Below the pieces are notes generated by a model that saw only the letters and a program-made list of their open reading frames with translations, was not told the origin of the DNA and made no database searches. Shown here piece after piece: positions 49,211 through 59,634 of a stretch of 64,000 nucleotides of DNA. Source of the DNA: Bythopirellula sp. (lineage in GTDB: Bacteria; Planctomycetota; Planctomycetia; Pirellulales; Lacipirellulaceae); NCBI GenBank assembly GCA_965216565.1, contig OZ244170.1, forward strand, positions 3,936,001 to 4,000,000, written 5' to 3'. Made by a program: the position numbers and the translations under genes. Every line of letters starts with the position of its first letter. Within the stretch, counting starts at the first letter, position 1.

Positions 49211-50398
49211 TCATCGGTTAGCCAAAGTGGAGAGGTCGAACACAGGCAACATCACAGCCAGTACAACGATGGCCACCAGGGCGCCCATTCCGATTGTGAT
49301 CAACGGTTCGAGCAATCCGACGACCTGCCGCATCCGCGCCTCGGTGTCTTCCTCGTAGTAGGCTCCCAGCAGGTAGGTGACTTCACCCAAGTTTCCTGTG
49401 TTTTCGGCCGTCATCAGCATCTCGCGGGCCGATTCAGGGACAATCTCCGAGGTCTCAAGAATACTGCCCAGGCTGCGACCATTGAGTACAGCCTCTTCCA
49501 TTTCTTCCACAAGTTCGTGGTAATGGACGTTCTGCATGGCGACTTTTGTGAGCCGCAAGACATCGAGAAGCGGGACACCGCTTTCGAGCATCATGCCAAA
49601 CATTCGGCATACTCGACCAATGAGCTGCGAGCGATAGACCTTGCTAACAACTGGCATCTTGAGCCATAGCAAATCGAGTGAGCGGCGCCCGCCGTCTGTT
49701 TTTCGCCAGACTAACATTCCAGTTAACAGCGACCCAGCCAGAGGAAGCCACAACCACCAACGGCTGCGTAATTCGCTCGCGAGCATGAGAAGCACTTCAG
49801 TAACAAATGGCAGAACTAGTTCGTATTCTTCAAATATCTGCGAGAATCGGGGTAGGACGAACAGAACCAAGGCGACCAATACCGAAGAGGAAACGGCGAA
49901 CAACAGGATTGGATAGGTCATTAGCGCGCGGAGAGTACGCCGCGAGCGAATTTCTCCTCGTTGTACAGCCGCCAGTTGCTTGAGCACATCCGACATCTTT
50001 CCGGAGGCCTCGCCCGCAGCCACTGTTGCCACAAAAGTTGCTTCAAAGACTTCTGGGTGTTCGCGTAAAGCGTTGGAAAGCGGGTTCCCCGCCATCACGG
50101 AATCGTGGACTTCAGTCAGCACGTTTGCCAGGGCCGGTCTTTTGCATTGTCTGGCTAAGGAACCCAAGGCGGTAGCCACATCGACGCCAGAACGGGTCAT
50201 GATCGCGAGCTGCGAAGTAATCTCGGCAAGGGCATCTTTGGGAATCGAGTTGCCACCGAAACCCCAGCCCGCCGTCTCCTGATCGGACGAATCCCAGTTA
50301 GAATCGTCGGCCGAGGAAATTAGATCGCTAGCAGACATTTCCTGTTCGGAAATGCTGCCTTCGATCCACGGCATTGTGTCAGTTTCAGTAGCGTTCAT
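49211..50398 (-). CDS. PilC/GspF inner-membrane platform protein
   Basis: QLAIMTRSGV, AGEASG, LMTYP, MLESGVPL, LLEP, AVMLPVF. Confidence 0.92.
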   Translation of the reverse strand: MNATETDTMPWIEGSISEQEMSASDLISSADDSNWDSSDQETAGWGFGGNSIPKDALAEITSQLAIMTRSGVDVATALGSLARQCKRPALANVLTEVHDSVMAGNPLSNALREHPEVFEATFVATVAAGEASGKMSDVLKQLAAVQRGEIRSRRTLRALMTYPILLFAVSSSVLVALVLFVLPRFSQIFEEYELVLPFVTEVLLMLASELRSRWWLWLPLAGSLLTGMLVWRKTDGGRRSLDLLWLKMPVVSKVYRSQLIGRVCRMFGMMLESGVPLLDVLRLTKVAMQNVHYHELVEEMEEAVLNGRSLGSILETSEIVPESAREMLMTAENTGNLGEVTYLLGAYYEEDTEARMRQVVGLLEPLITIGMGALVAIVVLAVMLPVFDLSTLANR

Positions 50399-50458
50399 CT
50401 TTTTGTTCTATTGTTCGCTTTCATTGCGAAGGAGTGCTACGCAATTTGTCGGCCTTGG

Positions 50459-52237
50459 TTACTCCACGAATGCGATGCGAGCAACTTCTTCTAAACTCGA
50501 CTTTTCCTGCTCAGCCAAACGCAATCCACCCTCGAGCAAAGTGGGTAGGCCTTGTTCTGCGTACCAATCTCTGATTGATTCCAAGGGTGTGTTTTTTGCA
50601 ATCATGCGACGCAATTCGGCATCGGCGGGTAGCACTTCGTAAATACCCGTCCGTCCTTTAAACCCTGTATCGAAACACTCACGACACCCCTCTCCGCGTG
50701 AAAAACTGCGACGCAAGTCTCCTTGATAGTGGAGGGCTTGGAGGTATTCGGCAGGCGGATAGTAGTTCGTCTGACAGTTCGGGCATATCGTCCTGACCAG
50801 TCGCTGAGCTACGACCCCTACTAGTGCGGCGGCCAGCTTGTAGCTTTCCACCTCCATATCCAACATGCGAGTAATGGCGCTAATGCTGTCGTTGGTGTGC
50901 AACGTGCTGAGTACGAGATGACCAGTTAGCGCGGCCTGTACTGCCACCTGCGCAGTCTCGGCATCGCGGATTTCACCAACCATAATCACGTCGGGGTCTT
51001 GCCGAAGGATAGATCGTAAGGCCGAGGCGAACTTCATACCTCGTGTTCCATCGGCTTGCACTTGGTTGACAAGGTCAATCTGGTATTCCACCGGGTCTTC
51101 GACCGTCACGATATTTCGGCTTGGAGACTTGATGAGCTCCAAAGCGGAATAGAGAGTCGTCGTTTTTCCGCTGCCGGTCGGCCCAGTGACCAATACCAAG
51201 CCGTAAGGCTTCTTGAGCAATTGCTTAATGATGCCTAGCGTATCTGGAAGGATCCCCAACTCGTCGAGATTAAAGGTTAGCCGCTGCTTGTCGAGCACAC
51301 GAATCACCACCTTCTCGCCCATGACGGTCGGCAATGTGGAGACTCGCAAGTCGACTTCCTTGCCGTCGGCAATCACTTGGCACCGACCATCTTGCGGCAA
51401 TCGTTGTTCGGCAATATCGAGTCTGGCCATTACCTTGATACGGGAGATAATAGCCGGATAAATGTCGCGCCGCGGACGTAGCATTTCTACCAGTTGGCCA
51501 TCGATACGAAACCGCACGGTGCCAAACTTTCGACTAGGCTCGATGTGAATATCGCTGGCGTTCTTGCGGATCGCCTGCAACACCAGGTAGTTCACAAGAT
51601 TGATGACTGGGCTGCCGTCGACAAGTTCGTGGACGGACGAAATGTCCATTTCCGAACTGTCCATCTGCAATTCAACAGCCGACTCGTCCAAATCTGCGGT
51701 TACGGCATCTACACGAAAATCTTCTTCGTAAGCCCGCCTGAGCATTCGGTTGATTGACACCGAAAAGGCAAAGACCGGTTTCACTGTCAGCCCGGTGACA
51801 TGCTCGATTCGATCGATGGTGTCTAGATCTTGTGGCTCATCTGTTGCAATGATCAGAGAGTCGCGAACACGAAAGAGTGCCAACGACTGCAACTCTTCAG
51901 CCAGCTTATGTGGAATCAGCTTTACCGCTGCAGGGTCGAGCATTCCTTCACGAAGCCGGACCGCAGGGACGCCCAATTGCGCTTCCATGAATGGCAGCAA
52001 TTGGTCTTCGTTCGCAAAACCAAGTTCCAGCAACGACTCCCCAAGCTTCTGACCCTTTTGAGACTGATGGTTCAGCGCGGCTTCTAACTCTTCGGAGTCA
52101 ATAAGGTCGGCACCTAACAATCGCTGGCCTAGAGGCCCACGTGGAGTGTTAGTTTCGGAGGCAGCAAACATCGAGGATCGAATCGGAGATTCGGACCCTT
52201 CTGCGTTAGAAGTTGTGGGATTAGTGATGGTGCTCAT
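50459..52237 (-). CDS. PilB/GspE assembly ATPase with N-terminal MshEN-like domain
   Basis: ASDIHIEP, RLPQDGR, GPTGSGKTTTLY, TVEDPVE, LRQDPDVIMVGEIRD, TGHLVLSTLHTN, tetra-Cys; N-terminal PLGQRLL...Q / KLGESLL...Q tandem motif. Confidence 0.95.
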   Translation of the reverse strand: MSTITNPTTSNAEGSESPIRSSMFAASETNTPRGPLGQRLLGADLIDSEELEAALNHQSQKGQKLGESLLELGFANEDQLLPFMEAQLGVPAVRLREGMLDPAAVKLIPHKLAEELQSLALFRVRDSLIIATDEPQDLDTIDRIEHVTGLTVKPVFAFSVSINRMLRRAYEEDFRVDAVTADLDESAVELQMDSSEMDISSVHELVDGSPVINLVNYLVLQAIRKNASDIHIEPSRKFGTVRFRIDGQLVEMLRPRRDIYPAIISRIKVMARLDIAEQRLPQDGRCQVIADGKEVDLRVSTLPTVMGEKVVIRVLDKQRLTFNLDELGILPDTLGIIKQLLKKPYGLVLVTGPTGSGKTTTLYSALELIKSPSRNIVTVEDPVEYQIDLVNQVQADGTRGMKFASALRSILRQDPDVIMVGEIRDAETAQVAVQAALTGHLVLSTLHTNDSISAITRMLDMEVESYKLAAALVGVVAQRLVRTICPNCQTNYYPPAEYLQALHYQGDLRRSFSRGEGCRECFDTGFKGRTGIYEVLPADAELRRMIAKNTPLESIRDWYAEQGLPTLLEGGLRLAEQEKSSLEEVARIAFVE

Positions 52238-52569
52238 TGAATGAAGCTCCCGACGGCTGATTTTGTACCGTCATGGCACTCAAAATGACTTCCGACCCTA
52301 GTCACACGCAAGACTTCTTCACACAAAGGCGTAAGCCCAGAGAGTTTCACGGTTCCGCCGAGGTGATTGATGCGATCCCGCGCATCGAGCAAGGCATCGA
52401 GACCAGCACTATCCAACAAAGGAACACCGGTAAGATTTAGAACAACCATTGGCTGTCCACCGCTCAGGTTCGAGTCCAGAGTCTTTTCTAGGTCTTCAAC
52501 CGAATCGCTAATTAGAGGTCCCTGTAGATTTACTACGTCTACAGCACCTTGAGATTCCACTTGAAACAT
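52234..52569 (-). CDS. Stand-alone STAS (anti-sigma antagonist-like) protein
   Basis: VVLNLTGVPLLDSAGLDALL (conserved phosphorylatable Ser), GGTVKL; ATGA overlap with the ATPase gene. Confidence 0.9.
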   Translation of the reverse strand: MFQVESQGAVDVVNLQGPLISDSVEDLEKTLDSNLSGGQPMVVLNLTGVPLLDSAGLDALLDARDRINHLGGTVKLSGLTPLCEEVLRVTRVGSHFECHDGTKSAVGSFIQ

Positions 52570-52574
52570 TGCCG

Positions 52575-54398
52575 TTACTCCAAGGGAATGGTGACTAAGA
52601 AAGTGCTGCCTTTGTCGAGGGTGCTTTCGACAGTGATATCTCCACCGTGCATGCGAACCACTTCTCTGGCAAGCGAGAGTCCCAAGCCGGTGCCAACTTC
52701 GTCTTGCACACGGCTGTCAGACGAACGGAAGAACTTGTCGAACACATGCGGTAACTCTTCTTCAGAGATGCCAACACCTGTATCTTCGATGGCGATCTCA
52801 AGCGATTCGTCGTCCAGTTTCACCTTCATCGCCACGTGGCCCGATTCGGGCGTGTACTTTGCGGCGTTGCCTAGCAGGTTCACTAGCACCGCTACCATTT
52901 TCTCTTTGTCGAGATTCAAGACACGCATTTTTTCTGGCAATCGAACTTCGAACTGCTGATCTTTTTGATCCATCAGGGGTTGGACCTTGGCCAGGACTTC
53001 CTCAAACAATCGGGCAGTATCTGTCTTTTGACGATCGGCAGACAGCGAGCCCACTTCCATGCTGCTAATGCTCAGCAGATCGTCGACAAAGCGGGCCAGA
53101 CGGGTCACCTCGCTATTGATCGTGTTACAGAATTCCTTCTGCTGCTCGACTTCGATGTTCTTGCTTGTGGCCAGCATCTCTGCGTAGGCCTTGATATTCG
53201 AAAGTGGTGTCCGTAGCTCGTGGGTCGCGGTGTCGATAAATTGATCTCGCATTTGGTCAGCGAGTTTTTGCTGAGTAACATCTCGAAGCGACCACACCAG
53301 CCCCTTGAAGGACTCGCCTACCAGGGGTTGTCGCGAAACGCGTAAGACACGCTGCGAATCCCCCTCCTGCCGCTGCGCCTCGGAGACAACCTGACGATTT
53401 TGGCATTGCGGGTCGAACAAGGGGCAAGCATCTAGTTCTGGCAGTTCGTCCAGTAGCCTTTCGCCAAGCATTGTCCCCTGCAAGGAGTGTTCGTCGTCCG
53501 TGCCGAGCAAAGCACTTATGGCGCGGTTCGCAAAAGTAATCTTTCCTTCAGGGTCAGTCAGCACGATGCCGTCGGAGAGATTTTGTAGAACCTCGGCCAT
53601 TTCATTTTCATTACGGGAGGCTGCCGCGTCTGCCAGTCGTTTTTCGATCTCGCTGCCAGAGGTTTTGTTCTCGCTATCCGCGAGAGCGGCGATAAGGCGA
53701 TTCCATCCTAATGCCGAGGCACTACGCGTCTTCAGCTTTTGTGGAGTTAACTTTGCGTGTGGAGATTGCAATGCTAGGGACCGCAATTGAGCATCGATTT
53801 GGGCATGACTGCTGGTGATCGTCCAGAGGATCTTGCCACCAATTGCCACGAATACTAGCGGAATAAGAAGCACGAGTGGTGCGTACTTGTCCAACTTGTG
53901 CAAAGTAGCCAGCAAGCTGGACTCACCGAAGGCAATTTTCAAGGTGCCAATCTGCTTCGAGTTCACCATGAGAGGGACATGGTATTCCTGTATCTGGCGT
54001 CCTTCGGACCCAGTGAACCGGATGCCCTGAACATTTTCCCAGGTTAGCAGACTGCCCTGAGGCTTAACTTCAGGGGAACCGACTAAGGAAACGTCGCTAT
54101 GCGCTAGAACGACTCCATCGATGCCAATCACGGTGGCATATTCGACGAAGGGTTGGTTATGCGCCGAGATTACCTGCTGTTGCAAGTTTTGCTGACCATG
54201 TCGCAAGTACGACATCTCGATAGCCGAAGCGGTCTTTCTCAGGCTCGCAAGACTAGAGTCGCAGGATTGTTTGTTGACAATTTCGTGCGAAATCATCAAC
54301 ACCGCCCCACCTAGCCAACAGAGCATGGCTAGAGAGAACATGAGGTAGCAGGCGACTACTTTCCTCGGGAATCCCAGATTGGTTGGAGAGGCGGACAT
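52575..54398 (-). CDS. Membrane sensor histidine kinase (periplasmic sensor, PAS, HisKA, HATPase)
   Basis: Two TMs; LSDGIVLTDPEGKITFAN PAS; THELRTPL H-box; NLLGNAAKY, DTGVGI, GTGLGL. Confidence 0.93.
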   Translation of the reverse strand: MSASPTNLGFPRKVVACYLMFSLAMLCWLGGAVLMISHEIVNKQSCDSSLASLRKTASAIEMSYLRHGQQNLQQQVISAHNQPFVEYATVIGIDGVVLAHSDVSLVGSPEVKPQGSLLTWENVQGIRFTGSEGRQIQEYHVPLMVNSKQIGTLKIAFGESSLLATLHKLDKYAPLVLLIPLVFVAIGGKILWTITSSHAQIDAQLRSLALQSPHAKLTPQKLKTRSASALGWNRLIAALADSENKTSGSEIEKRLADAAASRNENEMAEVLQNLSDGIVLTDPEGKITFANRAISALLGTDDEHSLQGTMLGERLLDELPELDACPLFDPQCQNRQVVSEAQRQEGDSQRVLRVSRQPLVGESFKGLVWSLRDVTQQKLADQMRDQFIDTATHELRTPLSNIKAYAEMLATSKNIEVEQQKEFCNTINSEVTRLARFVDDLLSISSMEVGSLSADRQKTDTARLFEEVLAKVQPLMDQKDQQFEVRLPEKMRVLNLDKEKMVAVLVNLLGNAAKYTPESGHVAMKVKLDDESLEIAIEDTGVGISEEELPHVFDKFFRSSDSRVQDEVGTGLGLSLAREVVRMHGGDITVESTLDKGSTFLVTIPLE

Positions 54399-54439
54399 TT
54401 TGTTTTGCGTTGGTGGTCACGGCAGTGAAATCGACTCGA

Positions 54440-54829
54440 CTAGGAAACGGGAGTTGCCATTTGGTCAAGAACTGTTTTCACAAGTGCCGAGGGGCTAAAC
54501 GGCTTGGAAAAGACTGCATTTATTCCGAGTTCTTTCTGCAGTCGGGGTAGTTCCAATTCCAATCCTTTGGCAGTCAGCAAATTGATGGGACAGTCGACGT
54601 ACTCGGGCATTGATCGCAAATGCCCACAAAGTTCCAAGCCAGTCATCTCGGGCATCTGCTGGTCCGTAATCACCAGATCGAACTTCGTTTCTTGTGCCAA
54701 TTCGTACGCAATCCTGGCGTTCTTGGCTGTGACAGTTTCAAAGCCAGCCTCTTCCATGGCAAACTGGATGACCCTCGCCAGGGCAAGATTGTCATCTACT
54801 ATCAACACTTTTTTCAGTTCGTCGTTCAT
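54440..54829 (-). CDS. Single-domain response regulator (CheY-like)
   Basis: LIVDD, ITDQQMP (phospho-Asp), LLTAK, SKPF; no output domain. Confidence 0.92.
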   Translation of the reverse strand: MNDELKKVLIVDDNLALARVIQFAMEEAGFETVTAKNARIAYELAQETKFDLVITDQQMPEMTGLELCGHLRSMPEYVDCPINLLTAKGLELELPRLQKELGINAVFSKPFSPSALVKTVLDQMATPVS

Positions 54830-54884
54830 CAATACTGCCTAATTGCCTTTCAAGTCAGTGATCGACAGCTTCCAAGTCTGTGGC

Positions 54885-55319
54885 CTAGAAGTCGTCGTAA
54901 GTGGTAGCTCCGTCGCCCGAAGTTGCGCCAGTATTCGCAATGAATTCACCTGTGTCGGTATTGTACTTCCAACCGTGAGTCGGGGTTCCCGAAGCAACAA
55001 TCGGAGTGACGGTTGTTGCCTCGACGGTGTTTGTCATTGGAGCCACAGGGCTAGTTGGGAACTGTCCGCGGATGTAAGGGGCCAACGCAGTCTGCAGACT
55101 AGTAGCGGCATTCGCACAGGGTGGCAGTGTTCCACCGTTGTCCGCAGTGTAAAGCTCAATGGCATCACGGACGATCGTAAGTGTTTGCTTCAGACCGTTG
55201 TCGGTCGCAGTTTGCGAAGTGCTGAGGAACTTGGGAGCTGCAACACCGGCCAAGATTCCTAGAATCAGGACCACAACGACGAGTTCAACCAGGGTGAACG
55301 CAGAATTCTTCTTGTTCAT
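54885..55319 (-). CDS. Major type IV pilin / GspG-like pseudopilin
   Basis: Class III signal MNKKNSA|FTLVELVVVVLILGILAGVAAP (E5, P22), AIELY..DN; GAGG RBS; first gene of the operon. Confidence 0.9.
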   Translation of the reverse strand: MNKKNSAFTLVELVVVVLILGILAGVAAPKFLSTSQTATDNGLKQTLTIVRDAIELYTADNGGTLPPCANAATSLQTALAPYIRGQFPTSPVAPMTNTVEATTVTPIVASGTPTHGWKYNTDTGEFIANTGATSGDGATTYDDF

Positions 55320-55729
55320 TGTTTTAGTACCTCAGATAAATTTCAAATTTGTGTAAGCCCTTGCAGGCCAACTTCTGTTTGACGTGACTCTAAAGGCAAC
55401 AATAGCTCTCAAATGCGTCAGAGAGCCCTACTGCCGTTAATGGGACCCACCTAGGTAGATCAATTAGTTCTTGAAAAAGTAGCTTGTACTATTTGACAAG
55501 AGTCAAACAACTCTGCTCAGGAGTCGCCAGAAATCTGTCTCTAAGCTGCACGATCGCACTAGGCGGCACAATCGGACTCTCATTGCCAACAGCTGCAACT
55601 TGTAAGCTATTATTTTCTGGTGGGAAAACGTCCTGCTGCGGAGAAAGCTCGCTTTTACGAGTAATTAAGTTTTCTGGGGTAATCCGCTTGAGGTTGTCTC
55701 GCAGTAAAGACTTAGTAGTGAAATTCGAT

Positions 55730-57379
55730 ATGGCATTAGAAATCGCATCACAAACCGAATCAGCCATCCAAGGCGCGAAGAAGAGCCTTAGCTCTTTGGA
55801 ACAAGCACTCGGTGCCCGTTTTGGAATTTGGAATTTAGCACCCGGTGGCGAATTTGAGCCCTTGGACGTTCCAGACAACAGCTCAACCGATATCTCGGTG
55901 GTTCTGGCCAGTCTGGAGCAGGCAAGCCAACAGCAAAAGACTGTATTGCAGTCGTTCGCCGGGGACCAATGTCAATTGACGGCCCCATGGCCTGCAGGCC
56001 ACACAACTCGTCTGTTTGTTACGACTACGGTTGACGATTCGCAGGCAAGTCTCGCAGCAGAGCTATTGCAGGTCACCATCCAGGGAATCAAGCAGCAATC
56101 CGAGATCCAAGACCTGAAGGAAGAGAATGCCGCCTACTTAATGCAACTCAATGAGGATATGGAAGAACTCGTCTTTCTCCGCTCAATTGCTGATAAATTG
56201 GCACTGGGTGATCTGTCGCTTAATTCCGAAAAGCTGCTGCAATACATCTTGCCCGCCCTGGGTGAGTCGACCGGAGTAGAAGCCGTTCACTTTGTTGATG
56301 GACGACGGGGGACTACGCCGGAAATTGTCGAATCCTGGTTCTGTGGCAATTGCCCGCAGCGTGTGGATATAGACATAGTCAACCTGCTTGCGGAAGACTA
56401 TTGCCCGAACGTGCAAGAGTCACCCATAGTCGAAAACAACGTACAAGACAGAGAATACGGTGCTAAGTACGAAGGCGTTGAGGGCTTCGCTATTGTGCCA
56501 GTCTCCACTCACTTGATCACATTTGGCTGGATAGTGGCTATCAATCGGAAAACAGAACAATCCAATAAGCACCAGCATCCAGTGTGGCAACTTGGCAACG
56601 ACGAGCTTGGGACTTGTGAGGTTTCACTCATGAGTACCACCGCAGCAATGGTGGCCTCCTACTCTCACAATGTTACGTTATTTGACGAACGTGAAGCACT
56701 TATGCTAAGTGTCGTGCGGACTTTAGTTTCTGCGATCGAATCTCGCGACCAATACACTTGCGGCCATAGCGAACGTGTTGCCAGATATGCCAAGAGGCTA
56801 GCCAAGGAATTGGGGTACGATCAAGAAGGCTGCAAACAGATTTACCTCACAGGTCTGCTGCACGACATTGGGAAGATTGGGTTACCCGACTCCGTCCTGA
56901 AGAAGCCTGGCTCGCTCACTAAGGAAGAATTCGCCGAGATCATGAAGCATCCCGACCTGGGTTGGGCAATTCTTCGTGAGTTGGAGCCCATGGAGTACGT
57001 GCTACCGGGAGTGTTGCATCACCACGAACGTGCCGATGGCAAAGGCTATCCCGACGGTTTGATGAGAGACAATACTCCTTTGGAGGGCCGATTGTTGGCC
57101 GTTGTCGATGCGTTCGACGCCATGACCTCCGACCGTCCCTATCGTAAAGGAATGCCCTGGGAGCAAGCGGTCAGCATTCTGCTGGACGGCGCCGATTCCC
57201 AGTGGGATGCCGAAGTCGTCGACAAATTCGTCGCTATTATGCCAGACATGCTTAGTATCCGCGATAACTATCGTCGTCCGCCGCTTCCGGTCAGAAAACC
57301 TGAAGAAGAACAAGCAGAAAGTCAGGCGCTCCCGAAGGACGAGAACTTCGACGTCAGCGAACTACTCAGCGCTCACTAA
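55730..57379 (+). CDS. HD-GYP cyclic-dinucleotide phosphodiesterase with GAF-like N-terminal region
   Basis: GHSERVA, LHDIGKIG, HHERADGKGYPDGL, DAFDAMTSDRPYR. Start uncertain (track gives 55484). Confidence 0.92.
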   Translation: MALEIASQTESAIQGAKKSLSSLEQALGARFGIWNLAPGGEFEPLDVPDNSSTDISVVLASLEQASQQQKTVLQSFAGDQCQLTAPWPAGHTTRLFVTTTVDDSQASLAAELLQVTIQGIKQQSEIQDLKEENAAYLMQLNEDMEELVFLRSIADKLALGDLSLNSEKLLQYILPALGESTGVEAVHFVDGRRGTTPEIVESWFCGNCPQRVDIDIVNLLAEDYCPNVQESPIVENNVQDREYGAKYEGVEGFAIVPVSTHLITFGWIVAINRKTEQSNKHQHPVWQLGNDELGTCEVSLMSTTAAMVASYSHNVTLFDEREALMLSVVRTLVSAIESRDQYTCGHSERVARYAKRLAKELGYDQEGCKQIYLTGLLHDIGKIGLPDSVLKKPGSLTKEEFAEIMKHPDLGWAILRELEPMEYVLPGVLHHHERADGKGYPDGLMRDNTPLEGRLLAVVDAFDAMTSDRPYRKGMPWEQAVSILLDGADSQWDAEVVDKFVAIMPDMLSIRDNYRRPPLPVRKPEEEQAESQALPKDENFDVSELLSAH

Positions 57380-57425
57380 GGACCAAGTTTCTCCCGCGAA
57401 ATTGGACCATTCAAGGACACCTCTC

Positions 57426-57896
57426 GTGAAAACTCCCCGCCCAGCGCTCACGATGGTTGAACTGGTTGTCGTTGTCTTGATTGTAGGCATCATGGCTGCT
57501 GCTATCTCGCCGAGAGTGGCTAGCACGATGACTACCTCACGGGTGCGTGCGGCTGCTCAAATTATTGCCTCCGATATCGAAATGGCCGGTCATCGTGCGA
57601 AGGTCCGCGGCACCCCGCAAGAGGTTAAGTTCTCGCTCGGCAATAGTTCCTATGAATTATTGAACATGAAGCACCTTGACCATCCAGGACAAAACTACAT
57701 GGTCGATCTGACTGCCTCTCCTTACGACGCATTGTTGGATAGTGTTTCGTTTGGCTCTGACGGTACTTCGAAGTCGCTATGGTTCAACCGCTTCGGACGA
57801 CCGGACTTCGGAGGTTCGATTGTCGTAAGCGCAGGAAACAAACAGCGTACAGTGCTGGTAGACGGAGTCACCGGAAAGGCAACTGTGCAGCCATGA
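57426..57896 (+). CDS. Minor pilin, FimT/GspH-like
   Basis: GTG start after AAGGA; PRPA|LTMVELVVVVLIVG; C-terminal FNRFGRP..GGSIVV..VLVDGVTG. Confidence 0.85.
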   Translation: MKTPRPALTMVELVVVVLIVGIMAAAISPRVASTMTTSRVRAAAQIIASDIEMAGHRAKVRGTPQEVKFSLGNSSYELLNMKHLDHPGQNYMVDLTASPYDALLDSVSFGSDGTSKSLWFNRFGRPDFGGSIVVSAGNKQRTVLVDGVTGKATVQP

Positions 57897-58981
57897 CTCG
57901 ACGAGCCGGATACACCTTAATCGAATTAGTCGTGAGTATGGCAGCAGCTGCCACGTTGATGGTGGGGCTGGCATCATGTCTTCACATTGCTTTTCGAGTC
58001 TTCGATGCCCAACTGGCATCCATTCGAGCATCGAAAGCTGCTGAAGTCCAAGCCGATATCATGCGAGATTTGGGTCGCGCTACGATTTTCACTAGCAGAT
58101 CCAGCGATGCGGTGACTTTCAAAGTTCCCGATGAAAACGGCGACAACGTTGAGGAGACTATCAGCTACTCGTTCGACCCCAATGGCGAGTTATCGATGAC
58201 GTTCAACGGCACGTCGAGCATTCTCCTTAGAGACCTAAGTTCTTCCCAGTTCAGTTATCTTGCACGATCGCAAGCTGGCAGTGCGCCGGTACCTGCGATG
58301 TTTGACGTCAGCAAGTGGGGAACCAGGTGGGACGGAAGCTCTACCGGGTCGGTCGTCTATGAAGAATTTACCGAGGAGAAGGAATCCTCGGATGTCAATC
58401 TGATCTCAGTTGATCTACCTGGAGGAACCGTCGCCGGAGACCTGCTGATTCTGGCGGTAGCATTTAATGGCCAAGAGTCCTTCGTCGATCCGTCGGGTTG
58501 GACACGGATTCATGCATCGGAAGATAACCAAGGCAGAGTATCACTCGGCGTGTGGTGGAAGATTGCTGATTCTCCAGAAGCCTTTAGTCACTCGGTGGCG
58601 TGGTCCGATAGCGACGAGGCCTACGGCTGGATGATGCGATTTACGGGCCACAATACGAGCAATCCGATCGAGGCTTCGGCGAATGCAAAAGGAAATTCCA
58701 TCTCACCCACCTCACCCGCCGTGAGCACGAGCGTAGACAACTGTTTGATTCTCCGACTAGGCGCTTTTGATCGCAATTATATTACGACGGACGACGCAGG
58801 AGTTACTGACCATACAACGATAACTATGGATAGTAGCAGCTCAAACGGTTCTTCGACTTCCGGTGGAGCGGCTTACGCAACACTAACCACGGCAGGCGAC
58901 AGCGGGTCAGAGACTTTCCAGCTTAGCCAGCAGGAACAGTTTGTCACCGTCACAATCGCAATTGCACCGGAGGCAAATTAA
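57893..58981 (+). CDS. Minor pilin, PilW/GspJ-like, with extra C-terminal beta domain
   Basis: MTRRAG|YTLIELVVSM; ATGA overlap; appended domain VDLPGGTVAGDLLILAV..PSGWT. Confidence 0.85.
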   Translation: MTRRAGYTLIELVVSMAAAATLMVGLASCLHIAFRVFDAQLASIRASKAAEVQADIMRDLGRATIFTSRSSDAVTFKVPDENGDNVEETISYSFDPNGELSMTFNGTSSILLRDLSSSQFSYLARSQAGSAPVPAMFDVSKWGTRWDGSSTGSVVYEEFTEEKESSDVNLISVDLPGGTVAGDLLILAVAFNGQESFVDPSGWTRIHASEDNQGRVSLGVWWKIADSPEAFSHSVAWSDSDEAYGWMMRFTGHNTSNPIEASANAKGNSISPTSPAVSTSVDNCLILRLGAFDRNYITTDDAGVTDHTTITMDSSSSNGSSTSGGAAYATLTTAGDSGSETFQLSQQEQFVTVTIAIAPEAN

Positions 58982-59634
58982 TGCTTTGCAGAGTACCAGA
59001 GTTGTGCAAGCTTTTTGGCAGTCGGCGGACGTGCCGCACGGGCATCTCGCACGTGGAAGTGCTTGTTTGCATCCCGCTAGTGGGTGTCATGCTGGTCAGT
59101 GCGATGAACTCTACAGGTAGTATCGTACGCACTTGGAATTTTGCTCACGATCAGCACCGCGCTCGCGCAATCGCAGAGAATTTGATGGCGGAAATTCTGC
59201 AACAACAGTACGAAGAACCTGACGATACGCCCACCAATGGGAGGGAATCGGGCGAGTCGGCCGCTACTCGACTAAACTGGGATGACGTGGACGACTACAA
59301 CGGCTGGAGCCAATCGCCACCTGCTGATAAATCGGACACGGTGCTCAGCGGCTATGTCGGTTGGTCGCGAGCTGTGAGCATAGCATATGTTGAGCTTAAC
59401 GATCCTACCCAAACCACCGCTGATGACGAGGGTGTAAAACGAATCACAGTAACAGTCACAAATCCTACTGCAGAAACAATCGTACTGGTTGCCTACCGAT
59501 CCAAATGGGGTGCGCTCGAGGAACGACCTCTACTTAACACCAACATTCAGGGATTCGTGTCGCACGAATTGGAAGCTAGTGGTAGCACGTTTCACGATGG
59601 GGTGCAGTTGCCAAACCATTCGGAGGACGAGTGA
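58981..59634 (+). CDS. Minor pilin, PilV/GspI-like
   Basis: RRTCRTG|ISHVEVLV; AENLMAEIL; WDDVDDYNGW; VKRITVTV; TAATG coupling. Confidence 0.75.
   Translation: MLCRVPELCKLFGSRRTCRTGISHVEVLVCIPLVGVMLVSAMNSTGSIVRTWNFAHDQHRARAIAENLMAEILQQQYEEPDDTPTNGRESGESAATRLNWDDVDDYNGWSQSPPADKSDTVLSGYVGWSRAVSIAYVELNDPTQTTADDEGVKRITVTVTNPTAETIVLVAYRSKWGALEERPLLNTNIQGFVSHELEASGSTFHDGVQLPNHSEDE

Noticed and set aside
55355..55372. Possible sigma54 promoter upstream of the major pilin (minus strand TGGCCTGCAAGGGC)
   Set aside because: Spacing is GG-N9-GC rather than the required N10.
55484..55729. 82-aa N-terminal extension of the HD-GYP ORF in the track
   Set aside because: TTG start, no RBS and non-protein-like composition; more likely divergent promoter DNA.
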